Positions 9,136 to 18,500 of a stretch of DNA of 64,000 bases are shown here, piece by piece. Source of the stretch: Escherichia coli (GTDB lineage: Bacteria > Pseudomonadota > Gammaproteobacteria > Enterobacterales > Enterobacteriaceae). The position numbers were made by a program, and so were the translations under genes. The notes under the pieces were generated by a model. It was given only the letters and a program-made list of their open reading frames with translations, had not been told where the DNA came from and did not search any database. The number at the start of each line of letters is the position of its first letter. The stretch's first letter is position 1. The DNA lies in the NCBI RefSeq assembly GCF_013122565.1, contig NZ_CP053258.1; one strand, given 5' to 3'.

Positions 9136-9270
9136 AATAAAGCTATACTCGTCATACTTCAAGTTGCATGTGCTGCGACTGCGTTCGTTCACCCCGGTCA
9201 CTTACTTTAGTAAGCTCCTGGGAATTCACTCGCTTATCGCCTTCCTGCAACTTGAATTATTTAGAGTATA

Positions 9271-9573
9271 TTATTCTATTTCTTGGTTGAATATATTCTG
9301 TAGTTCGCGATTAAAAATTGCTATTACCGTTTCAGGTGATTCACCTCGTAATTTCCGCTCATCAATACACTCATCTCTTATATAAATCAACGCATCATTT
9401 ATTTGCGGGTCGGCATCATTAAATGTTGGATGTAGCCGGAATCGCTCCAGCCGGTAGACGGAACCTGTAAATAATTCAGAGCATTTATGGATCTCAAGTC
9501 TGAAGGAAAACGGATCTTCAGGTACAGGGACCTCATAATCGTAAATAGCAACCAGCTCTTTTTGCACGATCAT
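9271..9573 (-). CDS. yehK: Small protein YehK
   Basis: 100-aa ORF directly downstream of yehI on the same strand; true start may differ slightly. Confidence 0.6.
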   Translation of the reverse strand: MIVQKELVAIYDYEVPVPEDPFSFRLEIHKCSELFTGSVYRLERFRLHPTFNDADPQINDALIYIRDECIDERKLRGESPETVIAIFNRELQNIFNQEIE

Positions 9574-9632
9574 CGCTTTCCCGTTGGTAAGTCGTGTTGA
9601 AAACGGGCAGTCGCATCACTGCCCGTTGTGTT

Positions 9633-12600
9633 TTAATGGAAAATGACGTCGGGTGCGCTTAACGCCTCACTCAAATCAAACACATCAAGTTCGGCAAAAG
9701 TGACGGATTTATTGTCACGGTACACTCGAAGAGAACGGAAGCTCATTAACGCTTTGCTATCAACATTGTAGTGGTTAAAACCGGGTGAAAACTTAAGGAC
9801 CAGCCGGTACTCGCCCAGGTCATAGACAAATGCATCCTCATAGCCTGACTCCCAGCCTTTGTATCGCATTCCCATAAGCTGCCCAACGGTAGCGGATTTA
9901 CCTTCCCAGCGAGTCAGGCTGTTACTGGTTGACTCGTCAGGTGTGAGCAGCACCGTGCGGCGCGACAACTGGCGAAAAGGCGGCATAATTTCGTAATCGG
10001 CAAAAAGCTGTGCAAATTCACTGCGCATTTCTGCTGTCATTTCTAACGGGTGGGCAATGCCAATCAGAGCATCCGCAGGCAGGTCAATGGGCTCATCTTG
10101 CGCATTGCAGAACTCACCCTCTGCGGCCACACGAAAGGCGTTGAGTAAACGACGCGGTTCATTTGCTGGATACACGCCCCATATTAATCGCTGAGTAACC
10201 AGGCGGGTAAAGGGATGATTAACAAACAGAGAATGAAAATCTGCCAGCGACCAGCGTCGGGTGGTACGTAGGGCTGCTTCAAGACGCGGGAGCAGGTTTT
10301 TGCTCACCTGGGTGGCATCTTTTTTTAGCCCTTTTAGTCGGGCCAGTGCCTCGGGCGCTTTCAGTTGATCGTCATCGGCGCGCAACCGGGGAACACTTTT
10401 CTGGCGAACGTTTTGTTGATCAAAGATAACCGGGTTGAGGTTTTCATCGAAGCGAACGGTAAACTGCCGGGGACCAAAATCAAAAATCAACGCCTGCGGA
10501 TCATCAAGACCCAGTGTTGGGACTAATCTGTCCGCTAACTCTTCCTGGCTTAGCCCGCGATTTTCTGCGACCACCTGAAGAAATTCCGCTGCGTTTTCAC
10601 GTAATGAAGAGGATTTCGCCCGTTGTGATACATGATGCAGCTGTATCAGCGCCATATCATTATTCATCAGGGTAAGTATATTCAGACCACTGACAGCACG
10701 GGCAGATTTGCCTTCTTGTGGCCAGGCGAGGATCTGTGTCGTTAGATCCCGTGCCGTGCTTTCGTCACCAAAGAGACTTAACGCCAGAAATGCCCAGTTG
10801 TCTTTTGCGGGGGCACCAGCTTGTTGCCAGGCGGTGAAGAGATCCCAGGCAAAAGCTGCCAGCGTTTGCGGCTGGCAGAACGATTTCAGTTGTTCCAGTC
10901 CGCTATAAAAACGTCCCCCCTGGGTAAAGCGCAGCATTTCGCCGATAATTTCCAGAGCGTCATCGGTAACAGGTTGATTATTAGTGATAAGTCGAGGCCT
11001 GGACCACATTGCCGGATGCCAGAAATCAGGGGCTTTTGGAATGCGTGCCGGGTAAATCTCTATTTGACTCTGTTTAAGTAATTGTTCCAGGGCAGGCCAT
11101 ACATCAGCGCGATCCCAGCGGTTTGCCACGGTTTGTAGTAATACGCCATGTCCCTGTTCATACAGTAAACGCAGGGCAAGTAATGCAGCTTCGCTATTAT
11201 CGCTGGATTTGGTGAAGACAAGAGGGATAAGTGCAGTAGCCGTATGTTCCGGCCATTGTAAAATCCACTGGCGGGCCAGATCACGCTGCGCCGCGAAACG
11301 TCGCCAGACGCGGGCAACAGGCAGGGCCAGTTCTGTTGCGCCAAAATGAATCAGCAGAGGAAATATCTCTTTTGGATGTCGGGCAAAGGCGGTGTTTAAT
11401 CCAGGCAAAGCATCGGTACCCAGCACACTTAACAGATATTCCCCCCCGGTGTAATGAAAATCAGCCTCGACAATTTGTTGCCAGCACGATACCGCCATTT
11501 CGTGCGGCATCTGCGCGATAAGGTACAGATTCCAAATCCCCCAACGCTTTTTATTACCATAGTAAAATCCGTGCTGAAAAGTTCGCCACCCTCCCATCAG
11601 CGCAATGCTATCTTGTGCCAGTAATGCTTTGGTGGCTTCTTCCCGGTACTGTTTAGATTTGGCCTGATACGCGTGATAAGTACGCAATAGTCCTATTGAT
11701 GTGTATTCTTGCAGTTGCTGAGCATCAAAGGCATCCAACTGTCCATGAAGAAGACGCTTATTAAATTCCAGGCTATGAACGTCAAAACCTAATTCCCGCA
11801 AGAAGGTATCCGCCCCTCTCTTAGCAAGACGTTCGTCAAAAGACATGGCGCTAAAATGGTCAATTGCAGTTTGCTGTTCCGGCGTCCAGTGTTTATTCGG
11901 CGACCTGTACGTTTGCGGTGCAAGCGTAAGATCAGGCAGCGAAAAGTGAGGTATGGAAGTCTTTTTCTTCCTCCCACGCCATGGTGGTGAAACGAGGATT
12001 TCAGGCATTTGGCTGTTATCGGTACTATCAATAACCGGTTTGGGCGGTGCCAATAAATAACTATTCAGTACTGCCCGGGCTTGAGTACTTAACCACTGCA
12101 TCACCTCTTCTGCCAGTTGTGGCTGCGATGCCATCAGCGTTTGTAACAGCGTACGCCAGTATTCATCTCGAGCTTTTTGCTGGGCAGGCAGCTTTTTGTC
12201 TTCGATGATTGGATAACCAGGGCGGGCTGGTGGTTCTTTTAACGCCAGCAGTTCTGCCAGTGCCGCGAGCGTCGCGTGGGGGAAGTTTTTACTGTATTTA
12301 GCCACACGTTGCAGGCTGGGTTTGTTTTTATCAGCCACCAGTAGCAAGGTGCGGATGACCTGCGGATGGTTAATTTGTACCAACAGACTGCCGCAATCTT
12401 CTTTATGGGCATACATCGCGAGGCGCGGAATGGCTGCCAGTCCTTGTTCGCGCAAAAGGGCGGCGCAGGCCGCGTAGCCGAAGTGGTTTTCATGCGACAT
12501 GTAGCTGGCTTCGCGATCGCTAAATATATCCTGACTCCAGTAGTGATCGAGTTTCCTCACCGCTGTGGGGTCATTAGCAACAACTTTTAGCCACTCCTTA

Positions 12601-13280
12601 GAATGATAATGAGTCCGTGGGCATTCAAGGCCTATCAACTCATTGGCGATTTCTGGTTTTTCCGGGAGGATCAGCGCAATAAAAGGGCGGCGAACTTTGG
12701 TTATTCCTGGCAGTGCGGCAATGAGTTTGTCGGCGCAACGCTGCCAGCAGCTTTCCTCTGCCAGAGAGAGATGCTTACGCAGTCGGAGATCGAATTCGTT
12801 ATAGGTTTCTGATCGATAACCATAGCCATAGTCCTCGTTCTGATACTGCAATGTCACTACCAGAGGATCACTCTCATAACACCGCGCAATAAACTGGCGT
12901 GCAATCACCACCTCAGTCGCATATTCCAGCCCCTCTTGTTGGACGATTTCGTCGAGTAACTGTTGGCTGTCATTTTGCGCGATACAGGCTAGCGCCGCCA
13001 TTGTCCGGGCCGGGATTGAGGGTTTGTGTTCGCCGATCAAGTTGATGGCCTGCGTGATGGCGGACTGCCACTCCAGTGAAAAATTCTCATAACGCCAGAC
13101 AATGTTTTTTTTCTTCTCAGCTTTTTGTAGCAATTCATCACCCAGTGTCTGAATGATGCTTTCAGTGATAACAGGCACTGGTTCGCCCGGCCAATTGCGA
13201 TGGCTGAGTGGTGTTTTGCCTTTTTTATATTTCAGTTCCAGTTGGGCGTTATCCGCCAGCCACGGTAATTCCTTGTCCAT
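9633..13280 (-). CDS. yehI: YehI, 1215-aa paralog of the molR family lacking the N-terminal WGR-like domain
   Basis: C-terminal two-thirds align with the four upstream paralogs (shared AWP..K.A..GL.IL, DRL.P.LGLD, LLPPFRQL blocks); AAGGAA SD 9 nt after upstream stop. Confidence 0.85.
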   Translation of the reverse strand: MDKELPWLADNAQLELKYKKGKTPLSHRNWPGEPVPVITESIIQTLGDELLQKAEKKKNIVWRYENFSLEWQSAITQAINLIGEHKPSIPARTMAALACIAQNDSQQLLDEIVQQEGLEYATEVVIARQFIARCYESDPLVVTLQYQNEDYGYGYRSETYNEFDLRLRKHLSLAEESCWQRCADKLIAALPGITKVRRPFIALILPEKPEIANELIGLECPRTHYHSKEWLKVVANDPTAVRKLDHYWSQDIFSDREASYMSHENHFGYAACAALLREQGLAAIPRLAMYAHKEDCGSLLVQINHPQVIRTLLLVADKNKPSLQRVAKYSKNFPHATLAALAELLALKEPPARPGYPIIEDKKLPAQQKARDEYWRTLLQTLMASQPQLAEEVMQWLSTQARAVLNSYLLAPPKPVIDSTDNSQMPEILVSPPWRGRKKKTSIPHFSLPDLTLAPQTYRSPNKHWTPEQQTAIDHFSAMSFDERLAKRGADTFLRELGFDVHSLEFNKRLLHGQLDAFDAQQLQEYTSIGLLRTYHAYQAKSKQYREEATKALLAQDSIALMGGWRTFQHGFYYGNKKRWGIWNLYLIAQMPHEMAVSCWQQIVEADFHYTGGEYLLSVLGTDALPGLNTAFARHPKEIFPLLIHFGATELALPVARVWRRFAAQRDLARQWILQWPEHTATALIPLVFTKSSDNSEAALLALRLLYEQGHGVLLQTVANRWDRADVWPALEQLLKQSQIEIYPARIPKAPDFWHPAMWSRPRLITNNQPVTDDALEIIGEMLRFTQGGRFYSGLEQLKSFCQPQTLAAFAWDLFTAWQQAGAPAKDNWAFLALSLFGDESTARDLTTQILAWPQEGKSARAVSGLNILTLMNNDMALIQLHHVSQRAKSSSLRENAAEFLQVVAENRGLSQEELADRLVPTLGLDDPQALIFDFGPRQFTVRFDENLNPVIFDQQNVRQKSVPRLRADDDQLKAPEALARLKGLKKDATQVSKNLLPRLEAALRTTRRWSLADFHSLFVNHPFTRLVTQRLIWGVYPANEPRRLLNAFRVAAEGEFCNAQDEPIDLPADALIGIAHPLEMTAEMRSEFAQLFADYEIMPPFRQLSRRTVLLTPDESTSNSLTRWEGKSATVGQLMGMRYKGWESGYEDAFVYDLGEYRLVLKFSPGFNHYNVDSKALMSFRSLRVYRDNKSVTFAELDVFDLSEALSAPDVIFH

Positions 13281-13289
13281 GCTCTTTCC

Positions 13290-16200
13290 TTATTCAAACA
13301 GGGCTTCAATATCATTAATTAACTCGCTGGTGGTGATGGCATCGAGTACGGAGAACTGCGCTTCCTGAGTTGAATTATTCCTCCAGCCATAGCTTTCTGC
13401 TTTGCCTTCCCATAGCCACAGCTTGCTTAAGAGCTGCTCGGCGCTAAGTTCGGCTGGCGACATACCCACAGCAAAGCCTTCATCGATTTCCATGATTAAC
13501 GACCAGCGGCCCAGGGGTTTGATCATCCAGCAGATCCAGCCTCCATCCTGTGGTTCGCCCTTTATCCAGCCTTTATTCGCCAGCCCCATGACCCGACCAC
13601 TCGGGCATTTTCTGCCTGCCCAGCGGGTCAGTTCGCTGGCGTTGCGCTCGGCTTCTGTCAGGGCGTAACTGTTACGGTCAAGCTGACGGAACGGTGGTAG
13701 CAGTTCGTAGTCGGCAAAAAGCTGACCAAAGGCGGCAGCATCCGTCGGTGATATTTCCAGAACGTGAGGAATACCAATAGAGATATCGCCTTCCGGCAGG
13801 GTGAAAAGATCATCGTCAGCGGTGCTGTAACTGTTATCTTCCGCCACGCGAAAGCACGCCAGCAGCTGGTTTTCGGCGCTATAAACGCCCCAAATCAGAC
13901 GACGGGTTAAGTGGCGAACCAGCGGGTGCTCAACCAGGAAAAGCTGAAAGTTTTCCGGCGACCAGCGGCGGCGCAGGCACATGGCGGATTCCAGCCTTGC
14001 TACCTGCTGGGCGGCGACGGTACGCGCATCTTTTTTCAGCAATTTGTAGCGGTTTACCGCCTCATCAGCCCGCGATTCATCATCGCTTTTATTGGGTTTA
14101 GGTAAGTCTTTCAGGCGGCTGCCGGAAACATCACGCACAAACGGTTTTAAGGTTTCATCAAAGCTGACGGTGAACTGGCGTGAGCCGAAATCCAGCAGCA
14201 ACGAACCGTTATCATCCAGACCGAGATCCGGGGCCAGGCGATCTTCTAGCTCCGCCACCGTGAGTTCGCGGCTTTCGGCAATGTCGGCAATTTTTTCTTT
14301 TGCCCGCTCCTGTAATGCTTTGAATTTCAGTTTCTGGGCGATGCCGTTAAGTTGCATCAAGGCGATATCACTACCGATAGTGGCGAGAATATCCAACCCA
14401 ACGGTGGCGCGTTTATGCTGGGATTCACCAGGCCAGGCACGGATTAATGGCGTCAGTTTGCGGGCGGTGTCATCGTTACCGAGAACACCTAACGCGTTGA
14501 ACGCCCAGCTCTCTTTCGACGGCGCGCCAGCGGTCTGCCAGGCGGTAAACAGATCCCAGGCAAATCCCGCCAGTGAGTCGGGGGTACAGGCATCTTTCAC
14601 CTGCAATAATCCCGGATACAGTGCCTCTTCCTGAGGGAAGCGGAGCATTTCACCGAGGTAGAGTAGGGCGCTATCGGGCAGTGATTGGGCGTTTGCTTTT
14701 AATACCGGGCGCGTCCAGAGCGATGGCTGATAAAAGGCCGGAAGAGTGGGGATTTTTGTCGGGTGATTATCTAAGGGATCGAGCGCAAGCAGAGCGTTCA
14801 CCGCGTCTGTTACTTCCGGCTGGTTATAACGCCGGGCGATTTCTTGCAGTAATGGCTGATGACCGTTTTCGGTAAGCATACGCAAGGCAGCGCGGGCGTT
14901 ATCCTGTGCTTCACCGGCTTTGCCGAGCGCGGCAGGCAGCAGGCCGGTAATGGCGTGTTCCGGGTATTTCAACAGCCAGCTACGGGCGTCTTGTCGTAGG
15001 GTTTTGAGTTTGTTGAAGGCGCGGGCAATCAGTGGCGCTAATTCGATAGCCGCAAAATATTGTGCTATAGGCAGCGCTTCTTGCGGATAGCGAGATGCTG
15101 AGTGGATAAAACCTGTTAAACCAGCAAGTCGAAGATGCAACATTACTTGTTTTGCACCTGTATGTGGTTCTTTACTAAGGATGTTCCACATCTCGATAGC
15201 TTTATTAATGGGTAAAACATGGAGTGAAGAAAGATTCCATTCGCCCTGATAAGGGGAGTTATAGGACTTAAAAGCATCAATCAGCGCTGAATAATCTTCA
15301 CGCTGCCAGGCATCCAGTGCTATTTCTGGAACATCAATATAGCCTCTATGTTTGTTCCAATCCCAGCGGTTGAATCCCAGGGAGGTCAGAAAAGCTTTTT
15401 CTCCCTCAGCTTGCTGATGAGGTTGCCAGTTATGCTGCACTTGCAGTGTTTTGCTTTTTGTTTCATTTATTGTACAGAAGGATTCTAGGGATAATGGTGC
15501 TAAATCCAGCACCGAAATCGTCGATTTTTTCTTTTTAGCCAGCCAGGGCGGTGAGATTAGTACGGCAGGCAGCAAATCGGCGTTCGCATAAACTGAAGGT
15601 TGTGTCAGTTGTTGCAGGCATGACTTAAGTTCGGTAACCGCCGGAGCAGATAGCCAGGGAATTACCTGCTCTGCTAATGTTGGTTGTGAGATAAGCATTG
15701 TCATTAGCATCATGCGCCAGCGCTTTTCATCTTTTTGTGCCAGAAGTTCTGCTAATGCCGCCAGCGCTGCATGTGGAAAGCGAACGAAAGCCTTTGTCAT
15801 GCGATCGTGGCAACGCTTTCCCTGCTCGCTTGCATGGATAAGTAGTGTAAGTGCCTGGGGGTGGTTGATATGCATCAACACTTCCCCACATGTGTCACCA
15901 GCAGCGTAAGGAGCAAAACGGGCCAGCGCAGCGACACCTTGCTCCTTGAGTATCGTTGCACACCAGATTTTACCGCCGTAATAATCATCAAATACCTGCC
16001 CAGGCTGTCCTGGATAGTATTTTCCCAGTTCTGCCAATACCTGCTCGTCGGTGGTCGTCAGTTTCAGCCATTCCAGCGCATATAACCCTTTTTGTCCACA
16101 AAGATGTCTGGCAATCTCATGAGCTACTTCTGGTTTTTCCGGCAACAATAGTGCAACCAGTGGCTGGTGCCACGTGGGCATGGTTCCGAGAGCGGCAATC

Positions 16201-17048
16201 AGTTTGTCGGCGCAGCGCTGCCATACATCGTCATTTGCAAGTGAGAGATGCTTACGCAGGCGCATTTCAACCGAAGCGAAGCGTAACAGATAGCCAGGCT
16301 GCCTGTTATCCGGGGTAACCGTAATGAGATGGGCATCATAATCCCAGTCGAAGCGGATGAATTGCAATGCAATGACAACCTCAGTGGCATATTCCAGACC
16401 ACCTTCCTGGACAATTTGATCCATTAGCTCTTCATGATCGTTACGATTGAAGCCTTGTTCCAGCGCAACCAGTACCGCCAGAACCATCGGTGGTAGCGTG
16501 GTGCTAATTGGCGAGTCGATAAGGCCTACGGCTTGTGTAATTGCCTGCTGCCAGTCCAGTGAACAGGTGCTGTAATCGAAGGTGAGCACCTTTTTAAAAC
16601 GCCGGTGAGTATTCGCGGCGACGGAGCGTAGCAGGGTTAATTCATTCTCCTGTGGCACAGGAGCGCCAGGCCAGCGTCGATGACTTAGTGTGGTTGGCGC
16701 AACCTCTGTCGGTAAAATGATTTGGGTGTCGTCTGCCAGCCAGGGGAGGTGGTCTCCAGTAAATGCCGGTTTGTCTTGTGGCAAAGGGGTTATTTCCGGG
16801 CATTCGATAACCTTGCCGGGCGCAGATGTCGGTGTCATCACGGATACTTCTTCTACGTAGCCCTTTTTTGTTTTCTCCGTAATCAGCTTCAGTTCCGCTT
16901 TTTCCGCCGCTGCAGCATCTGCAAAGCTTTTTACCTGGCTTTGCCCGTTAGTACCGACTTTGCCCCAGGTAATATGCAGCTCGTTTCCCTGCTGCTCCAC
17001 CGCCCAGAATTTATGTGATTTTTCATCCTGATAAATATAGGTTTTCAT
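13290..17048 (-). CDS. MolR-family protein, paralog D (1252 aa), N-terminal WGR-like domain
   Basis: Intact ORF; N-terminus MKTYIYQDEKSHKFWAVEQQGNELHITWGKVG; start 12 nt downstream of paralog C stop with AAGGAA SD. Confidence 0.85.
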   Translation of the reverse strand: MKTYIYQDEKSHKFWAVEQQGNELHITWGKVGTNGQSQVKSFADAAAAEKAELKLITEKTKKGYVEEVSVMTPTSAPGKVIECPEITPLPQDKPAFTGDHLPWLADDTQIILPTEVAPTTLSHRRWPGAPVPQENELTLLRSVAANTHRRFKKVLTFDYSTCSLDWQQAITQAVGLIDSPISTTLPPMVLAVLVALEQGFNRNDHEELMDQIVQEGGLEYATEVVIALQFIRFDWDYDAHLITVTPDNRQPGYLLRFASVEMRLRKHLSLANDDVWQRCADKLIAALGTMPTWHQPLVALLLPEKPEVAHEIARHLCGQKGLYALEWLKLTTTDEQVLAELGKYYPGQPGQVFDDYYGGKIWCATILKEQGVAALARFAPYAAGDTCGEVLMHINHPQALTLLIHASEQGKRCHDRMTKAFVRFPHAALAALAELLAQKDEKRWRMMLMTMLISQPTLAEQVIPWLSAPAVTELKSCLQQLTQPSVYANADLLPAVLISPPWLAKKKKSTISVLDLAPLSLESFCTINETKSKTLQVQHNWQPHQQAEGEKAFLTSLGFNRWDWNKHRGYIDVPEIALDAWQREDYSALIDAFKSYNSPYQGEWNLSSLHVLPINKAIEMWNILSKEPHTGAKQVMLHLRLAGLTGFIHSASRYPQEALPIAQYFAAIELAPLIARAFNKLKTLRQDARSWLLKYPEHAITGLLPAALGKAGEAQDNARAALRMLTENGHQPLLQEIARRYNQPEVTDAVNALLALDPLDNHPTKIPTLPAFYQPSLWTRPVLKANAQSLPDSALLYLGEMLRFPQEEALYPGLLQVKDACTPDSLAGFAWDLFTAWQTAGAPSKESWAFNALGVLGNDDTARKLTPLIRAWPGESQHKRATVGLDILATIGSDIALMQLNGIAQKLKFKALQERAKEKIADIAESRELTVAELEDRLAPDLGLDDNGSLLLDFGSRQFTVSFDETLKPFVRDVSGSRLKDLPKPNKSDDESRADEAVNRYKLLKKDARTVAAQQVARLESAMCLRRRWSPENFQLFLVEHPLVRHLTRRLIWGVYSAENQLLACFRVAEDNSYSTADDDLFTLPEGDISIGIPHVLEISPTDAAAFGQLFADYELLPPFRQLDRNSYALTEAERNASELTRWAGRKCPSGRVMGLANKGWIKGEPQDGGWICWMIKPLGRWSLIMEIDEGFAVGMSPAELSAEQLLSKLWLWEGKAESYGWRNNSTQEAQFSVLDAITTSELINDIEALFE

Positions 17049-17060
17049 TGCAAATTCCTT

Positions 17061-18500
17061 TTAATCAAACAGTGATTCAATATCGTTAATCAGCTCGCTG
17101 GCAGTGATGTCGTCGAGCACGGAGAAGGGATAAACCGATTTGCGCGGCGTCAGTTTGTACAACTGAATGTGCTCAATTTTTTGGTTATCGCTGATTTCGG
17201 TGACGGGCAATCCAACACAGAAGCCGGGTGTCACACTCAGTTCGACGTAGCCATCATCCACAGCTTTATAAAATGAGTAATAGCCGCCACCATCCAGAAC
17301 ATCGCCCCGTTGCCAGCCTTTATTCATCAGCCCGGCGACGCGCCAACTCGCTGCCTGGCGACCAGCCCAGCGCTGCAAATCGTTGCTGTTTTTTTCTGAA
17401 TCAGAGAGCTGAGACCAGGGGCGATCAAGTTGACGGAACGGTGGCAGGAGTTCGTAGTCAGAGAACAGTTGGGCAAATTCAGCAGCCTGTGGGGCCGGGA
17501 TTTCCAGCACATGCGGGATACCGATACAGCCCTGCGCAAGGGTAAACGGGGTATCCTGACCGTCGCTAAAACTGCCATCCTCCGCCACGCGAAAACAGCA
17601 AATAAGGTGATTATCAGCGTCATAAATGCCCCACATCAGACGTTGGGTGATATGACGAACCAGGGGATGCTCAACCAGAAACAGGCGGAACTGTTCTGCA
17701 GTCCAGCGGCGACGCTGACACATGGCGGCTTCCAGACGCGAAATCTGTTGTGCAGCTACCGTGCGGACATCTTTTTTCAACAACTTGTAGCGATTTACCG
17801 CTTCCTCAGCCAGCGTTTCATCATCGCTTTTGTTCGGTTTGGGCAGGTCTTTCAGACGGTTGCCGGAAGTATCGCGCACAAACGGTTTTAAGGATTCATC
17901 AAAGCTGACGGTGAACTGGCGTGGGCCGAAATCCAGCAGCAGCGAACCGTTATCATCCAGACCGAGATCGGGCGCTAACCGGTCTTCCAGCTCTGCGACA
18001 GTGAGCTGGCGGCTTTCGGCAATCTGGGCGATTTTAGTTCTAGCCTGATCCTGCAAGGCTTTAAATTTTAGCTTTTGCGCAATGCCGTTAAGCTGCATCA
18101 GGGCGATATCGCTGCCGATAGCAGCAAGAATATCCAGCCCGACAGTGGCGCGTTTATGCTGGGATTCCCCCGGCCAGGCGCGGATGAGCGGGGTGAGTTT
18201 GCGGGCGGTGTCATCGTTACCCAGAATCCCCAGTGTGGTAAATGCCCAGTTATCTTTAGCTGAGCCACTGGCAGATTCCCAACTGAGGAAGAGATCCCAG
18301 GCAAAATCGGCAAGAGATTGCGGGGTACAGGCCTCGATTACCTGTGTAATTCCTGGGTAAAGGGTGGCTTCGCGGGGGAAAGAGAGCATGGTGCACAGGT
18401 GCAGGATGGCTGAATCTGAAAGTGCCTTGCCGTTACTGCGCAGAAGCGGGCGGTGCCATACTTCTGGCGAACACCACCCAGGGAGTTTAGCGATTTTCTG
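17061..18500. repeat. ~1.45-kb near-identical block shared by paralogs C and B (copy 1)
   Basis: C-terminal ~480 codons of paralog C are nearly identical to paralog B (20910..22350); antisense spurious ORFs are duplicated too. Confidence 0.8.

Noticed and set aside
14092-14634. 180-aa plus-strand ORF (and similar ORFs at 17430..17891, 21405..21740, 25552..25962) inside the molR-family genes
   Set aside because: They lie antisense within long, well-supported minus-strand genes, have Ser/Arg/Ala-rich low-complexity translations and are duplicated only because the underlying DNA is duplicated; they are most likely spurious.
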